A DNA stretch of 64,000 bases, taken from a virus. Lineage: Duplodnaviria > Caudoviricetes. Positions 46,712-56,374 of this stretch are shown one piece after another (within the stretch, counting starts at the first letter, position 1; every line of letters starts with the position of its first letter). The position numbers and the translations under genes are program-made. The notes beneath the pieces are model-generated. The model was not told the origin of the DNA. It made no database searches and was given only the letters and a program-made list of their open reading frames with translations. The stretch is from positions 67,961-131,960 of IMG/VR virus record IMGVR_UViG_2901146262_000001, one strand, 5' to 3'.

Positions 46712-47002
46712 ATGCCTAAATATCGTAAGAAACCAGTGGTAATTGAAGCTATTCAGTATTTACATAATGACAACAGAAAAGAATATGAAAGTTTTGTTGA
46801 TGACGGTTCGCTCATATATGACGAAGACACACTAGATAGAGCATATATTAGAACACTTGAAGGAGATATGAAATTAAGCTACGGAGACTATATCATTAAA
46901 GGGGTGAAGGGTGAATTTTACCCCTGCAAACCGGATATATTCGAATCAACTTATGAAGGAGAATATAGTCAGCTTAATGTGAATGAAAATGGGAAGAATT
47001 AG
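46712..47002 (+). CDS. Conserved phage protein (PGDYG-like family)
   Basis: [13 protein letters not shown]...TLEG...[20 protein letters not shown]. Confidence 0.75.
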   Translation: MPKYRKKPVVIEAIQYLHNDNRKEYESFVDDGSLIYDEDTLDRAYIRTLEGDMKLSYGDYIIKGVKGEFYPCKPDIFESTYEGEYSQLNVNENGKN

Positions 47003-47008
47003 GAGGGA

Positions 47009-47218
47009 GTGAGTCAAATGAATGAGGAGTCACAGCCAGTTGTCGATATGCTTAATGCAATTGACACTCAAATTAAAGAGGAGCAAGAGTTAAGAAACAA
47101 GGTTCCATCACATAGTGAAGATTATGCCGATTCAATGGAAAGAGAAATGAGCTTGCTAGATGATAAGAAGTCATTGTTTGAATCGTATGAAGATGTACTT
47201 AAGGAGGGTGGCCAATGA
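47009..47218 (+). CDS. Small helical protein resembling a tape-measure repeat
   Basis: Similar to the C-terminus of 45120-46184 (HSEDYADSMEREMSLL vs HTREYRESLEKEIELL). Confidence 0.5.
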   Translation: MSQMNEESQPVVDMLNAIDTQIKEEQELRNKVPSHSEDYADSMEREMSLLDDKKSLFESYEDVLKEGGQ

Positions 47219-47454
47219 TAGTTAGGGATTTGATTGAAGAATTATTGCAGTTTGACATGGAGTCGGATATTGAAATTGAAGTTAAGTCAAATAGTGATGA
47301 AGAAACGTCTGATATTCGTGTTGAGAAGTTTGTTTATGCAGATGAGGTTAAGTTAATTGCCGATTTAGATAGGTATGAATTAGTGGATAAAGATAGATAT
47401 GAAGAGATGGAAGATGGTCTCGAAGAGTTGTATGAAATAAAATCTATACTTTAA
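47215..47454 (+). CDS. Hypothetical acidic protein
   Basis: RBS, coupled start. Confidence 0.6.
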   Translation: MIVRDLIEELLQFDMESDIEIEVKSNSDEETSDIRVEKFVYADEVKLIADLDRYELVDKDRYEEMEDGLEELYEIKSIL

Positions 47455-47455
47455 C

Positions 47456-47484
47456 TTGACATTTTTATTAGGTAGCATTATAAT
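47456..47484 (+). promoter_or_regulatory. SigA-type promoter with operator-like motif upstream of recJ-nrd
   Basis: TTGACA-17-TATAAT containing ATTAGGTAGCATTATAAT. Confidence 0.85.
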
Positions 47485-47513
47485 ACATATAGAGTCAAAA
47501 TAAAGGAGTTGAT

Positions 47514-49100
47514 GTGTTGGATTGGAAGATTAGAGGGCAAACAAAAAGTAAAGCTAACTTTACATCTTACATCGGTGAAGTACGAGGGATTGATAATATT
47601 AATGAACATCTTAACCCTTCCGTATCCAATGTAAATAATCCATTATTGTTGAAGAACTTACGTCAAGCAGTAGAGAGGGTGATGCATAGTATCAGTAATG
47701 GCGATAAGATATACGTCGTTGCTGACCCGTAGTCAGATCCTGATGGTATTACCTCAACTTACATTATGGTGGATTATTTAAGAAAGCATGACTCGGCTGT
47801 TGAGTATATTTTCCATCAAAGAAGTCAGGGGCATGGAGTGGAGTATTCTAATGTGCCAAATGATACAGATTTACTCATCATACTAGATAGTAGCTCTAAC
47901 TCAGTTGAAGCCTGTAAGAAACTATCCGAATCGATGGATATAATAATCATTGACCACCATGAAATTGACGTAGATAATCCACATGTACTACTGGTAAATC
48001 AACAGCAAGAGGGGTGTGATTATCCAAATAAGAATATATCAGCAGTATTATTAGTACATAAATTTGTTGAGTTAATGGACTATAATTTCAACAAGGTTGA
48101 TACAAATTATTATTTAGACTTAGTTGGATTAGGCTTATTGGCAGATTCGATGTCAATGTTGCCTTTGGAAAACAGATGGTATGTAAATCAAGCGCTGAAA
48201 CAGATTAACAATGTAGGCTTATTGGCTTTGATTAAAGCTAAAAGATTGAATGAAAATAAGCTTACCACGTTTGATTTAAACTTTCAGTTAATACCATTAA
48301 TTAACTCAGCAGCACGAATGGATAAATTAGAAGTTGCATTGGAATTATTGTTTGAGAAAGATTTTAAAAAGGCTAGGAAGTTGGCTGGCCAAATGATTGA
48401 TATGAACATAGAAAGAAAAGAAATACTTGAAGAGCTAACAGAGCATTGCTTATACATAATGAAGAATGAGAAGTTTATTATTTGTGTTAGTGATAAGACC
48501 AGCAAAAACTTTAATGGGCTGGTAGCGCAAAAACTTCTTTCTCAGTTTGGCAAACCTGCTATTGTATTGCAGAGCAGTAGTAACTCAGGAAGCTTTCGTT
48601 CTCCTAGTGATATTAATCTAAAGGAGATACTAAACTCTTGCCCATACGTTGAGTATGCAGCAGGTCACGCGCCAGCTGGAGGCACTCAGATACTACCTGA
48701 GAACATGGATAAGTTTATAGAATGGATTAATACTGAATTAGATTACGTAGAATTAGGTAGTAATATAGTATATGACTTAGAAGTTGAAGAGGAAAATGTT
48801 GACTGGGACTTAATAGAAAACATTATGGAATTTGACTTGGTTCATGGGAATGGAAGTCCACCAATAACATTACGTATTAATAATATGATTGTAGATGATC
48901 GAGTGTTATTTCCTAAGTCTCAGGAACACGTGAAAATTATCACTGAAGATATAGATATATTGAAGTTCAGTGATCCAGAATATGCCGAGGAAATTGATAC
49001 ATTTGATATTGTCGATGTAGTAGGCACCGTAAGCAAAAATGAGTTTGGCGGAAATAAGAGAATGAATCTTATGTTAGAAGATTATAAACTACATGAATAG
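47514..49100 (+). CDS. recJ: RecJ-like ssDNA exonuclease (DHH family, YorK-like), interrupted by in-frame TAG at 47730-47732
   Basis: Both ORF-track pieces share one frame; ADP*SDPDGITS, IIDHH, GSFRS, AGHAPAGG motifs. Confidence 0.88.
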
Positions 49101-49108
49101 GGGTAGAT

Positions 49109-50368
49109 TTGGTGGAAAAAGTTAAGATAAAGAAAAGAAACGGGTCTCTCGTTGGCTTTGATATAGATAAAGTCACTCAGGCTATCAAGAATTCGGGAGA
49201 GGAGACGGAAGAATTTGGAGAAAAAGAGTCAGAAAAATTGTCTCAGCAAGTAGTGAATAGATTGGGTGAAATAAATGAACTCACAGTGGAGAATATTCAA
49301 GACCTTGTAGAATCTGTTTTACTTAACTCAAAATATAAGACTACAGCTAAAGCGTATATCATTTATAGAGAGATTAGATCAAGAGAACGTAAGCCAAATA
49401 TTTTTAAACAAAGAGTTAATTTAAAGCCTTATGAATACCCACAGCTAATTGAGTATCAACATGCAATTCAACATTCTTACTGGTTACACTCAGAGTTTAA
49501 CTATACTTCTGATATCCAAGACTTTAAAGTGAACGTGTCAGAGTCAGAGAGGAATGCAATTAAAAACGCAATGCTGGCTATCGCACAGGTAGAAGTGTCT
49601 GTAAAAAACTTTTGGGGTGACTTACATAATCGTATGCCTAAGCCAGAAGTTGGGGCTGTAGGAGCAACATTTAGTGGAAATGAAGTTATTCATCATGATG
49701 CTTATTCTCACCTTCTAGAAATTCTAGGACTAAATGATGAGTTTGAGCGTATTCAAGAGATTCCCGCCTTAGCTAAGCGTGTAAACCATTTAACGCAAGC
49801 AGCTAAATATGCAAAATCGGAAAGTGATAGAGATTTTACAATTTCACTGATTTTATTCTCCTTGTTTATTGAGCATGTATCACTGTTTAGTCAGTTTTTG
49901 ATTATTATGGCATTTAATAAGCACAGAAATATTTTTAAAGGTGTTTCAAACGTAATTGAGGCGACAAGTAAGGAGGAACAGATTCATGGTTTATTTGGAA
50001 TTGAATTAGTAAATATTATTCGTGAAGAAAATCCAGAGTGGTTCGATCAAGATATGTCCAACAAGGTTTACGAAGCTTGTCAAAACTCCTTTGAATCTGA
50101 AATGGAAGTTATCGACTGGATTTATGAGGGCGGAGATTTAGACTTTCTTCCCAAAGAAGTGGTGAAGGAGTTTGTTAAAAATAGGTTGAATAATTCGCTT
50201 AGAGATACTGGATTTGAACCTATATTTGATGTTGATGAAGGCAAATTAGAAGAAACAGAATTTTTCACAGATGAAATATTGGCAACGAAGCATGTTGATT
50301 TCTTTGTTAAAAGAAGCGTCAATTATACAAAACGAGCAAAAAGTTTTGATGCTAGTGACTTGTTTTAA
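49109..50368 (+). CDS. nrdB: Ribonucleotide reductase beta subunit with N-terminal ATP cone
   Basis: IKKRNG...FDIDKV...VENIQDLVE...AKAYIIYR ATP cone; metal ligands in QVEVSVK, EVIH..AY, IEHVSLF, KEEQIH. Confidence 0.93.
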   Translation: MVEKVKIKKRNGSLVGFDIDKVTQAIKNSGEETEEFGEKESEKLSQQVVNRLGEINELTVENIQDLVESVLLNSKYKTTAKAYIIYREIRSRERKPNIFKQRVNLKPYEYPQLIEYQHAIQHSYWLHSEFNYTSDIQDFKVNVSESERNAIKNAMLAIAQVEVSVKNFWGDLHNRMPKPEVGAVGATFSGNEVIHHDAYSHLLEILGLNDEFERIQEIPALAKRVNHLTQAAKYAKSESDRDFTISLILFSLFIEHVSLFSQFLIIMAFNKHRNIFKGVSNVIEATSKEEQIHGLFGIELVNIIREENPEWFDQDMSNKVYEACQNSFESEMEVIDWIYEGGDLDFLPKEVVKEFVKNRLNNSLRDTGFEPIFDVDEGKLEETEFFTDEILATKHVDFFVKRSVNYTKRAKSFDASDLF

Positions 50369-50433
50369 TTGAACCAACAACAAAAACAAAGATATGCGAA
50401 GTTGTATCAGATAAAATAAAGGAGATAAAATAT

Positions 50434-52110
50434 ATGACATTTGAATGGTTAAATAAAGATAGCAGACATTTTTTAAAAAGTGGTTATTTAGAAGAAGGGG
50501 TGTCCCCCGAACAACGTATCCGAGAAATTGCAGATAACGCAGAAAAAATCCTGGGCATCAAGGGGTACGCAGATAAGTTTTATGACTATATGAGCAAGGG
50601 TTACTACTCACTATCATCTCCAGTGTGGGCTAATTTTGGCAATAAACGAGGTCTACCTATCAGTTGTTATAGTGTTGATATACAGGATAATTTCGGAGAT
50701 ATTATGAGAGCTGCAGGTGAGGTAGGAGTAATGAGTAAGCTAGGTGGAGGGACTGGAGGGTTCTTTGGTAAGCTTCGTCCACGTGGTGCTAAAATCAAAG
50801 GTAACGGAGAGTCATCGGGAGCAGTGCATTTTGTAGAATTGTTCGAGTCTCTTATGGATGTAGCGACTCAAGGTTCAGTTCGTCGTGGAGCGTTCTCGCC
50901 ATATTTACCCGTAGACCACCCCGATATCGAAGAGTTTCTAAAGATCGGAACAGAGGGAAATCCAATTCAAAAGTTAACCCATGCTGTAACAGTAACAGAT
51001 GAATGGATGCAACAGATGATTGATGGAGATACTGATAAACGAAAAATTTGGGCGGGAGTTCTACAACGAAGAGTAGAAATGGGCTATCCGTATATTTTCT
51101 TTAAGTCCACTGTAAACAACAATACAGTCGATGTGTATAAGGATAAAGGTTTGGAAATCAATCATTCTAACCTCTGTAACGAAATCACATTGCCAACCAA
51201 TGAAGAGTGGTCGTTTGTGTGTTGCCTATCATCAATGAACGTACTCCACTATGATGAGTGGAAAGATACAGATGCAGTAGAAATATTGACCTACTTCTTA
51301 GATGCCGTTATGGAAGAGTTTATTGTTAAATTAGAAGCAATGCGCGATTCAAATGATGAAGAAGAGCGTCAGGCATTTTATTTCATGAAGAAGGCGTATA
51401 ATTTTGCTAAATCTAACCGTGCATTAGGTCTAGGAATTCTTGGGTATCATTCATATTTGCAATCCAATATGATTCCATTCGAAAGTATTGAGGCGAGTCG
51501 TAAAAATATTGAAATCTTTCGATTGATAAAAGAAAAGTCATATAAAGCTTCAGAAGAATTGGCTGATATATACGGAGAACCCGAGTTGTTAAAGGGTTAT
51601 GGTAGACGTAATAGCACCTTGATGGCAATCGCACCTACGACTAGCTCAGCATTTATTCTAGGACAGGTCAGCCAATCGATAGAACCTTTATTCTCTAACA
51701 GTTACGTTAAAGATTTAGCTAAAACTAAGGTTACTGTACGCAATCAATATTTAAAAGAAGTGTTGGCTAAGTACAAAAAAGATAACCGAGAGACTTGGAG
51801 TAGTATCCGTGATTATGATGGCTCAGTACAGCATTTAGATTTCTTAACTGAGCATGAGAAAAACGTGTTTAAAACGTTCAGTGAGATTGATCAATACGCT
51901 ATCTTAGACCAAGCAGCTATGAGACAACAGTTTGTTGACCAGTCCCAGTCGCTTAACTTAATGATTAATCCAAGTACATCAGCCAAAGAGATTAATAATT
52001 TATATATCTTTGCATGGCAAAATGGAATTAAAACCCTCTATTACCAGCATGGTACAAATGCGGCACAGCAATTCAACAAAGACTTAAATTGTATTATGTG
52101 TGAAGCATAA
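50434..52110 (+). CDS. nrdA: Class I ribonucleotide reductase alpha subunit (short, no ATP cone)
   Basis: LPISC, SNLCNEI, CCLSS, AIAPTTSS, DQSQSLN, KTLYY, C-terminal CIMC. Confidence 0.95.
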   Translation: MTFEWLNKDSRHFLKSGYLEEGVSPEQRIREIADNAEKILGIKGYADKFYDYMSKGYYSLSSPVWANFGNKRGLPISCYSVDIQDNFGDIMRAAGEVGVMSKLGGGTGGFFGKLRPRGAKIKGNGESSGAVHFVELFESLMDVATQGSVRRGAFSPYLPVDHPDIEEFLKIGTEGNPIQKLTHAVTVTDEWMQQMIDGDTDKRKIWAGVLQRRVEMGYPYIFFKSTVNNNTVDVYKDKGLEINHSNLCNEITLPTNEEWSFVCCLSSMNVLHYDEWKDTDAVEILTYFLDAVMEEFIVKLEAMRDSNDEEERQAFYFMKKAYNFAKSNRALGLGILGYHSYLQSNMIPFESIEASRKNIEIFRLIKEKSYKASEELADIYGEPELLKGYGRRNSTLMAIAPTTSSAFILGQVSQSIEPLFSNSYVKDLAKTKVTVRNQYLKEVLAKYKKDNRETWSSIRDYDGSVQHLDFLTEHEKNVFKTFSEIDQYAILDQAAMRQQFVDQSQSLNLMINPSTSAKEINNLYIFAWQNGIKTLYYQHGTNAAQQFNKDLNCIMCEA

Positions 52111-52146
52111 AAGATACCTATATTAAAGATGAAAGGGAGAAATATA

Positions 52147-52377
52147 ATGAACAAACCAATCTTATTTACAAAACGAGGCTGTGTACCTTGTTCAAGCCTG
52201 AAGCGCTTTTTATTAACGGAAACAGAACTGGACTATGAGGAGATAGATGTTGATAAAGAACCTCAAGCATTAGAAGAATATGATATTATGTCTGTGCCCA
52301 CAGTTATCATTGGAGATAAACGTGTTACAGGGTTTTCCCCACATGAGGTTATGCAGTTAATTAACGAAGCTAAATAG
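52147..52377 (+). CDS. nrdH: NrdH/glutaredoxin-like redoxin
   Basis: CVPC active site, SVPT, follows nrdA. Confidence 0.8.
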   Translation: MNKPILFTKRGCVPCSSLKRFLLTETELDYEEIDVDKEPQALEEYDIMSVPTVIIGDKRVTGFSPHEVMQLINEAK

Positions 52378-52447
52378 ACTTACATAAATATTATTATAGT
52401 ACACAATAGGGAGATTAATTTCTCCCCTTTCTACATTACAAAAAGGG

Positions 52448-53077
52448 ATGGATATAAATATGAACAAAATGGATGAAATGATTATTGTAGTACCAAGAAA
52501 GAATTTGTTTGAAGATGAATCATTAGCTTTCCAAGGGGTAAACTCAAGCAAGGAATTGCTATCTAAAGTTGTAGATAAAATAGATGGCAATTTCAGTATT
52601 ATGCGTCGAGGTAATGCTGAAGAGAATGAATCATTTAAGCAGCCAATACCATACGCAGTATTGAGAAAAGGCGACGATGTATTCATTTATGAAAGGCTCC
52701 AAGGTGGAGGAGAGGCTAGACTCCATAACCAGTTATCACTAGGCGTTGGCGGTCATATGAATGGTACAACTGACTATGAATTTAATGACCTACTCTATGA
52801 GAATCTGAATAGAGAATTAGACGAAGAATTATTTATTACTGATCAGCATTTTGACATTAATATTATTGGATTAATTAACGACGATGTTAATGAAGTTGGC
52901 AAGGTTCATATTGGTTTGTTAGCAATAATTGAATTAACTGAAGAAGTGCATGTAGAAGTTAGAGAAATAGATCAGATTAAGGGTGGTTGGATTCCCATTA
53001 AACAATTAAAAGATTCCAAAACATATGACAACCTCGAGTCTTGGTCTCAGTTTGTGGTAGATATTTTAAACAAATAA
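52448..53077 (+). CDS. NUDIX-family phosphoesterase (YmaB-like)
   Basis: KQPIPY, SLGVGGH, RELDEEL, VGKVHIG, LESWSQ. Confidence 0.8.
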   Translation: MDINMNKMDEMIIVVPRKNLFEDESLAFQGVNSSKELLSKVVDKIDGNFSIMRRGNAEENESFKQPIPYAVLRKGDDVFIYERLQGGGEARLHNQLSLGVGGHMNGTTDYEFNDLLYENLNRELDEELFITDQHFDINIIGLINDDVNEVGKVHIGLLAIIELTEEVHVEVREIDQIKGGWIPIKQLKDSKTYDNLESWSQFVVDILNK

Positions 53078-53084
53078 CATCATG

Positions 53085-53118
53085 TAGCATGGACTAAATA
53101 AAGTTCATGCTATTTTTA
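53085..53118 (+). terminator. Intrinsic terminator
   Basis: TAGCATGGACT-loop-AGTTCATGCTA followed by TTTTT. Confidence 0.85.
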
Positions 53119-53127
53119 TAAATAAGC

Positions 53128-53156
53128 TTGACATTTTTATTGGGTGACATTATAAT
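53128..53156 (+). promoter_or_regulatory. SigA-type promoter with operator-like motif
   Basis: TTGACA-17-TATAAT containing ATTGGGTGACATTATAAT. Confidence 0.85.
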
Positions 53157-53198
53157 ATAGTTATAGTCAAAGTTAATTAATGAAGGGAAGAATGAAAG

Positions 53199-54923
53199 AT
53201 GAGAAAAGAAGATCTATTAAGGAAGAATTATAAGCAAGTTGCGTACAAGGGTAGGGGTGAAGATGTAGATACAGTTTATAAAAGATTCGATAATGGCAAT
53301 ATGAGGATCGTACAATACGACAAAGAGATTATAGGGGGAGGATTTAGAGAAGCTTTCCTAAATAAAGATCAGGTCAGCCAGATTTTTATTTAGCATCCAA
53401 TAAAATTACAGTTTTATCTTAAAACCCTCTTCAAGTAGGGTAGTAAAATGGAGTAAACCAAAGAAAATGGGAGGACTAATAATGAGCAATGTAGAATCAT
53501 CAATATACCCAAATAAATTCATTGACTTTTCAGAAGGGTATGAGGTAAGCAATGACAGAGTGAATGAAACTATCAATAGAATCATATCAGATATGACCGT
53601 AGACGAGAAAGTGAATACGATGACGGTGTCAACTGGCAATACAAAAGTCAATGTAACTAGGGATAGGGATATGGACACTTTGATTGTTGAGGTATATAAA
53701 AATTACCAAAGAAAAACTATTCGATTAGACGAATTAAAGGAGGAGGAGGGGTAATAATGAAGGTGTTTAAAATGAATGACATTGATTATGTGGCAGCAAA
53801 GACATCAGAAGAAGCTAAGAAGTTTTATGGAGAATTATGCGACTATACTTATGAAGAAATTCAAGAAGACTTTGAGGGAGAAGCTAGTCTGCAAGAAAAA
53901 ATGAACGTTCTTCTAAGCGAATTATCTGAGGACGATACAGTTAGAGTAGGAGACATACACATGAAACATAGTATGCTTTGGGTTCGCAAGTCATTCGAAT
54001 GGTTTTTAGAAAATGATAGTCATAATAACGAGCCATTTGTAATTTGTTCTATGGAGTAGATTACAAACAATATTTTACTAAAAAAGAGGTGAAACAAATG
54101 GAAGGAATCTTAAAGAAAATTACATATGACAATACTGAATTTGACCTTCATGTAACAGTAAACGACTGTAATCCACTTCTAGTAGATGCTGTCATAAGCA
54201 ATGATGAATACAACTACAATTTCTCAGGAAGCTTCAGTACTGTCAAGGGTTTAAAACAATACATTGTAAAGAATTTAGATGGTCATTTTAATCATCACAA
54301 GCATAGTCGTCAGTATAACGAGTTAATAGATTGGGATGGAAATCTGGATGGTGTTTTATACGATTAATACTATATTTTAGCTAAAATTAAGTAACATTAT
54401 AATACAAGGGGTGTAGTGATGAAAGTAAAAATTAAAGGAAGTATTTATTTAGAGAATGATAGTTTTCAGTATATATTAAAAAAGTATAGTGGCAAGACAG
54501 ATAAGAAAGGTGTTCCAACCTATGAGATACTCGGCTATTTCAGCTCTCTCGAAGCCAGTATTATGAAGATATTCCGTATGAAAATTAGTGAAAGTAAAGC
54601 GAAAGATCTAAAGGAGTTACGCAAAGACATTCAGATTGCTAATGATGAGATCAGAGAGTTGTTAGGTGCAGAATATGAAAAGAAACGACCTTGATGAGCA
54701 AAGACTGAGATTAAAAATAGGAACGATTCTGGTAACAATTGCATGTTTTGTAGCATTAGCTGCGGTTACATTTGGAATTATTTTCTTTAACTTTTGGCTA
54801 TTATCATCTGTCTTTAGCTTAGGCACTGACTACATAAAAGTATTTTGGGTGGCATTATGTTCATTTATTATAGAAGTATTATTTATATTAGGATTTTATA
54901 TTACAAGCAAAAGAGAGGATTGA
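53199..54923 (+). other. Six small hypothetical genes (the last has two TM helices)
   Basis: Co-oriented ORFs, most with RBS. Confidence 0.7.
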
Positions 54924-54929
54924 TTAATA

Positions 54930-55466
54930 ATGATGGAAGAGGAATTTGATGATATTAATACTGATGAAGAAATTGACATTAAAACTCTAGAGGACTGGAA
55001 AGTTGATAAGTACGTAAACCGAGTAAAGAAAAATAATGAAGAGATTAAACGATATAAGGAAATTATGGATAAGCAAGTAGCCGATCTGAAACATCAATTC
55101 AAGCATAAAGAAGAGGCGCTAACTAAGGAGAATGGGTATCTGTTATCCACGTTAGGACAATATGCTAGAACTCATAAATCTCTCCAGTCAACCAAGACAA
55201 TGTTCAAACTACCCATGCTGAATGGTGATGTGGTTATTAAGAAGAGTGTCCCAAAACCTCAAGCACCAAAAGACGACATGGTGGATAAATTTGAAAAAGA
55301 GTTTCCTGAATATGTAGAGAAGGTTGTCACCAAGAAGGTGAAGTGGGCAGATTTCAAGAAGAAACTTATTGTTCAGAGTGATAAGACATACATCAAGGAA
55401 ACCGGGGAGAGTGTGAGTCACCTGATTGACACTGATGCAAATCCAGAAGAAGTAATTATTAAGTAG
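54930..55466 (+). CDS. Mu Gam-like host-nuclease inhibitor
   Basis: Coiled-coil N-half, KLPMLNG, KVKWADFKK pattern. Confidence 0.65.
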   Translation: MMEEEFDDINTDEEIDIKTLEDWKVDKYVNRVKKNNEEIKRYKEIMDKQVADLKHQFKHKEEALTKENGYLLSTLGQYARTHKSLQSTKTMFKLPMLNGDVVIKKSVPKPQAPKDDMVDKFEKEFPEYVEKVVTKKVKWADFKKKLIVQSDKTYIKETGESVSHLIDTDANPEEVIIK

Positions 55467-55478
55467 AGGAGAGGTAAA

Positions 55479-56372
55479 TTGAGTTGTTTTGATTTGCAAT
55501 ATAACAATATTATTAAAGAAATTATGAAAAATGGAGAATGGGATAAGAATTCTAGTGTCAGAACCAAATGGGAAGATGACAGCCCTGCCTACACTAAATC
55601 AATTATTTCTCAAAAGATGAGATTTGATAACTCTGAACTACCAATTTTAACAGCTAAAAAAGTTGGCTGGAAGACTGCAATCAAAGAAATGCTTTGGATA
55701 TGGCAAATGAAATCTAACAAAGTACAGGATTTACGTGATATGGGTGTGAACATATGGAATGAGTGGGAACTTGAGGATGGTACAATTGGAAAATCATACG
55801 GTTACCAATTAGCTAAGAAGAATAGAGAAGTCGGAACTATCACTACTACACTCCGAGGAGGAAATGATGAGGTTGTTTTGTCCTGTCAAGAAGCAGAATA
55901 TGTCGATCAGGTTGATTATCTGCTAGATCAATTGGCAAGTAACCCTACGTCACGTAGACATATGACAAATCTATGGAACCCAGATGAATTAGATGAAATG
56001 TCACTTACTCCATGCGTGTATGAGACTCAATGGTACGTCAGAGGAAATAAATTAGACTTAGAAGTGCGTGCCCGATCAAATGATATGGCACTAGGCAATC
56101 CGTTTAACGTATTTCAATATAATGTACTACAAAGAATGATAGCGCAGATTATAGGATATGAGCTAGGAGAGTACGTCTACAATATTGGAGATTGTCATTT
56201 TTACGAGAAACATATAGATGGTTTGACTGAACAAATCAATCGTGAAACTTTTAAAGCTCCTAAGCTTTGGATTAATCCAGACGTAAAGAGTTTCTATGAT
56301 TTCACTATTGATGATTTCAAATTAATTGATTATCAGCATGGAGATAAGATTGATTTTGAGGTAGCAATTTAA
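55479..56372 (+). CDS. thyA: Thymidylate synthase
   Basis: IWNEW, LTPC, RARSNDMALGNPFNVFQY, GDCHFYEKH. Confidence 0.96.
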   Translation: MSCFDLQYNNIIKEIMKNGEWDKNSSVRTKWEDDSPAYTKSIISQKMRFDNSELPILTAKKVGWKTAIKEMLWIWQMKSNKVQDLRDMGVNIWNEWELEDGTIGKSYGYQLAKKNREVGTITTTLRGGNDEVVLSCQEAEYVDQVDYLLDQLASNPTSRRHMTNLWNPDELDEMSLTPCVYETQWYVRGNKLDLEVRARSNDMALGNPFNVFQYNVLQRMIAQIIGYELGEYVYNIGDCHFYEKHIDGLTEQINRETFKAPKLWINPDVKSFYDFTIDDFKLIDYQHGDKIDFEVAI

Positions 56373-56374
56373 TT

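Larger units (their letters stand above)
105..53416. repeat. Dispersed intergenic palindrome TAAAA-N6-TTTTA
   Basis: 17 perfect copies read by eye starting at 105, 1100, 2886, 4047, 7324, 10197, 11377, 12533, 14361, 25739, 27948, 34505, 40189, 40860, 43641, 46288, 53401, plus about 20 one-mismatch copies, all at gene junctions. Confidence 0.9.

Noticed and set aside
105-53416. TAAAA-N6-TTTTA sites as a CRISPR array or as intrinsic terminators
   Set aside because: Spacing is irregular and gene-sized with no cas genes; a 5-bp all-A/U stem is too weak for a terminator
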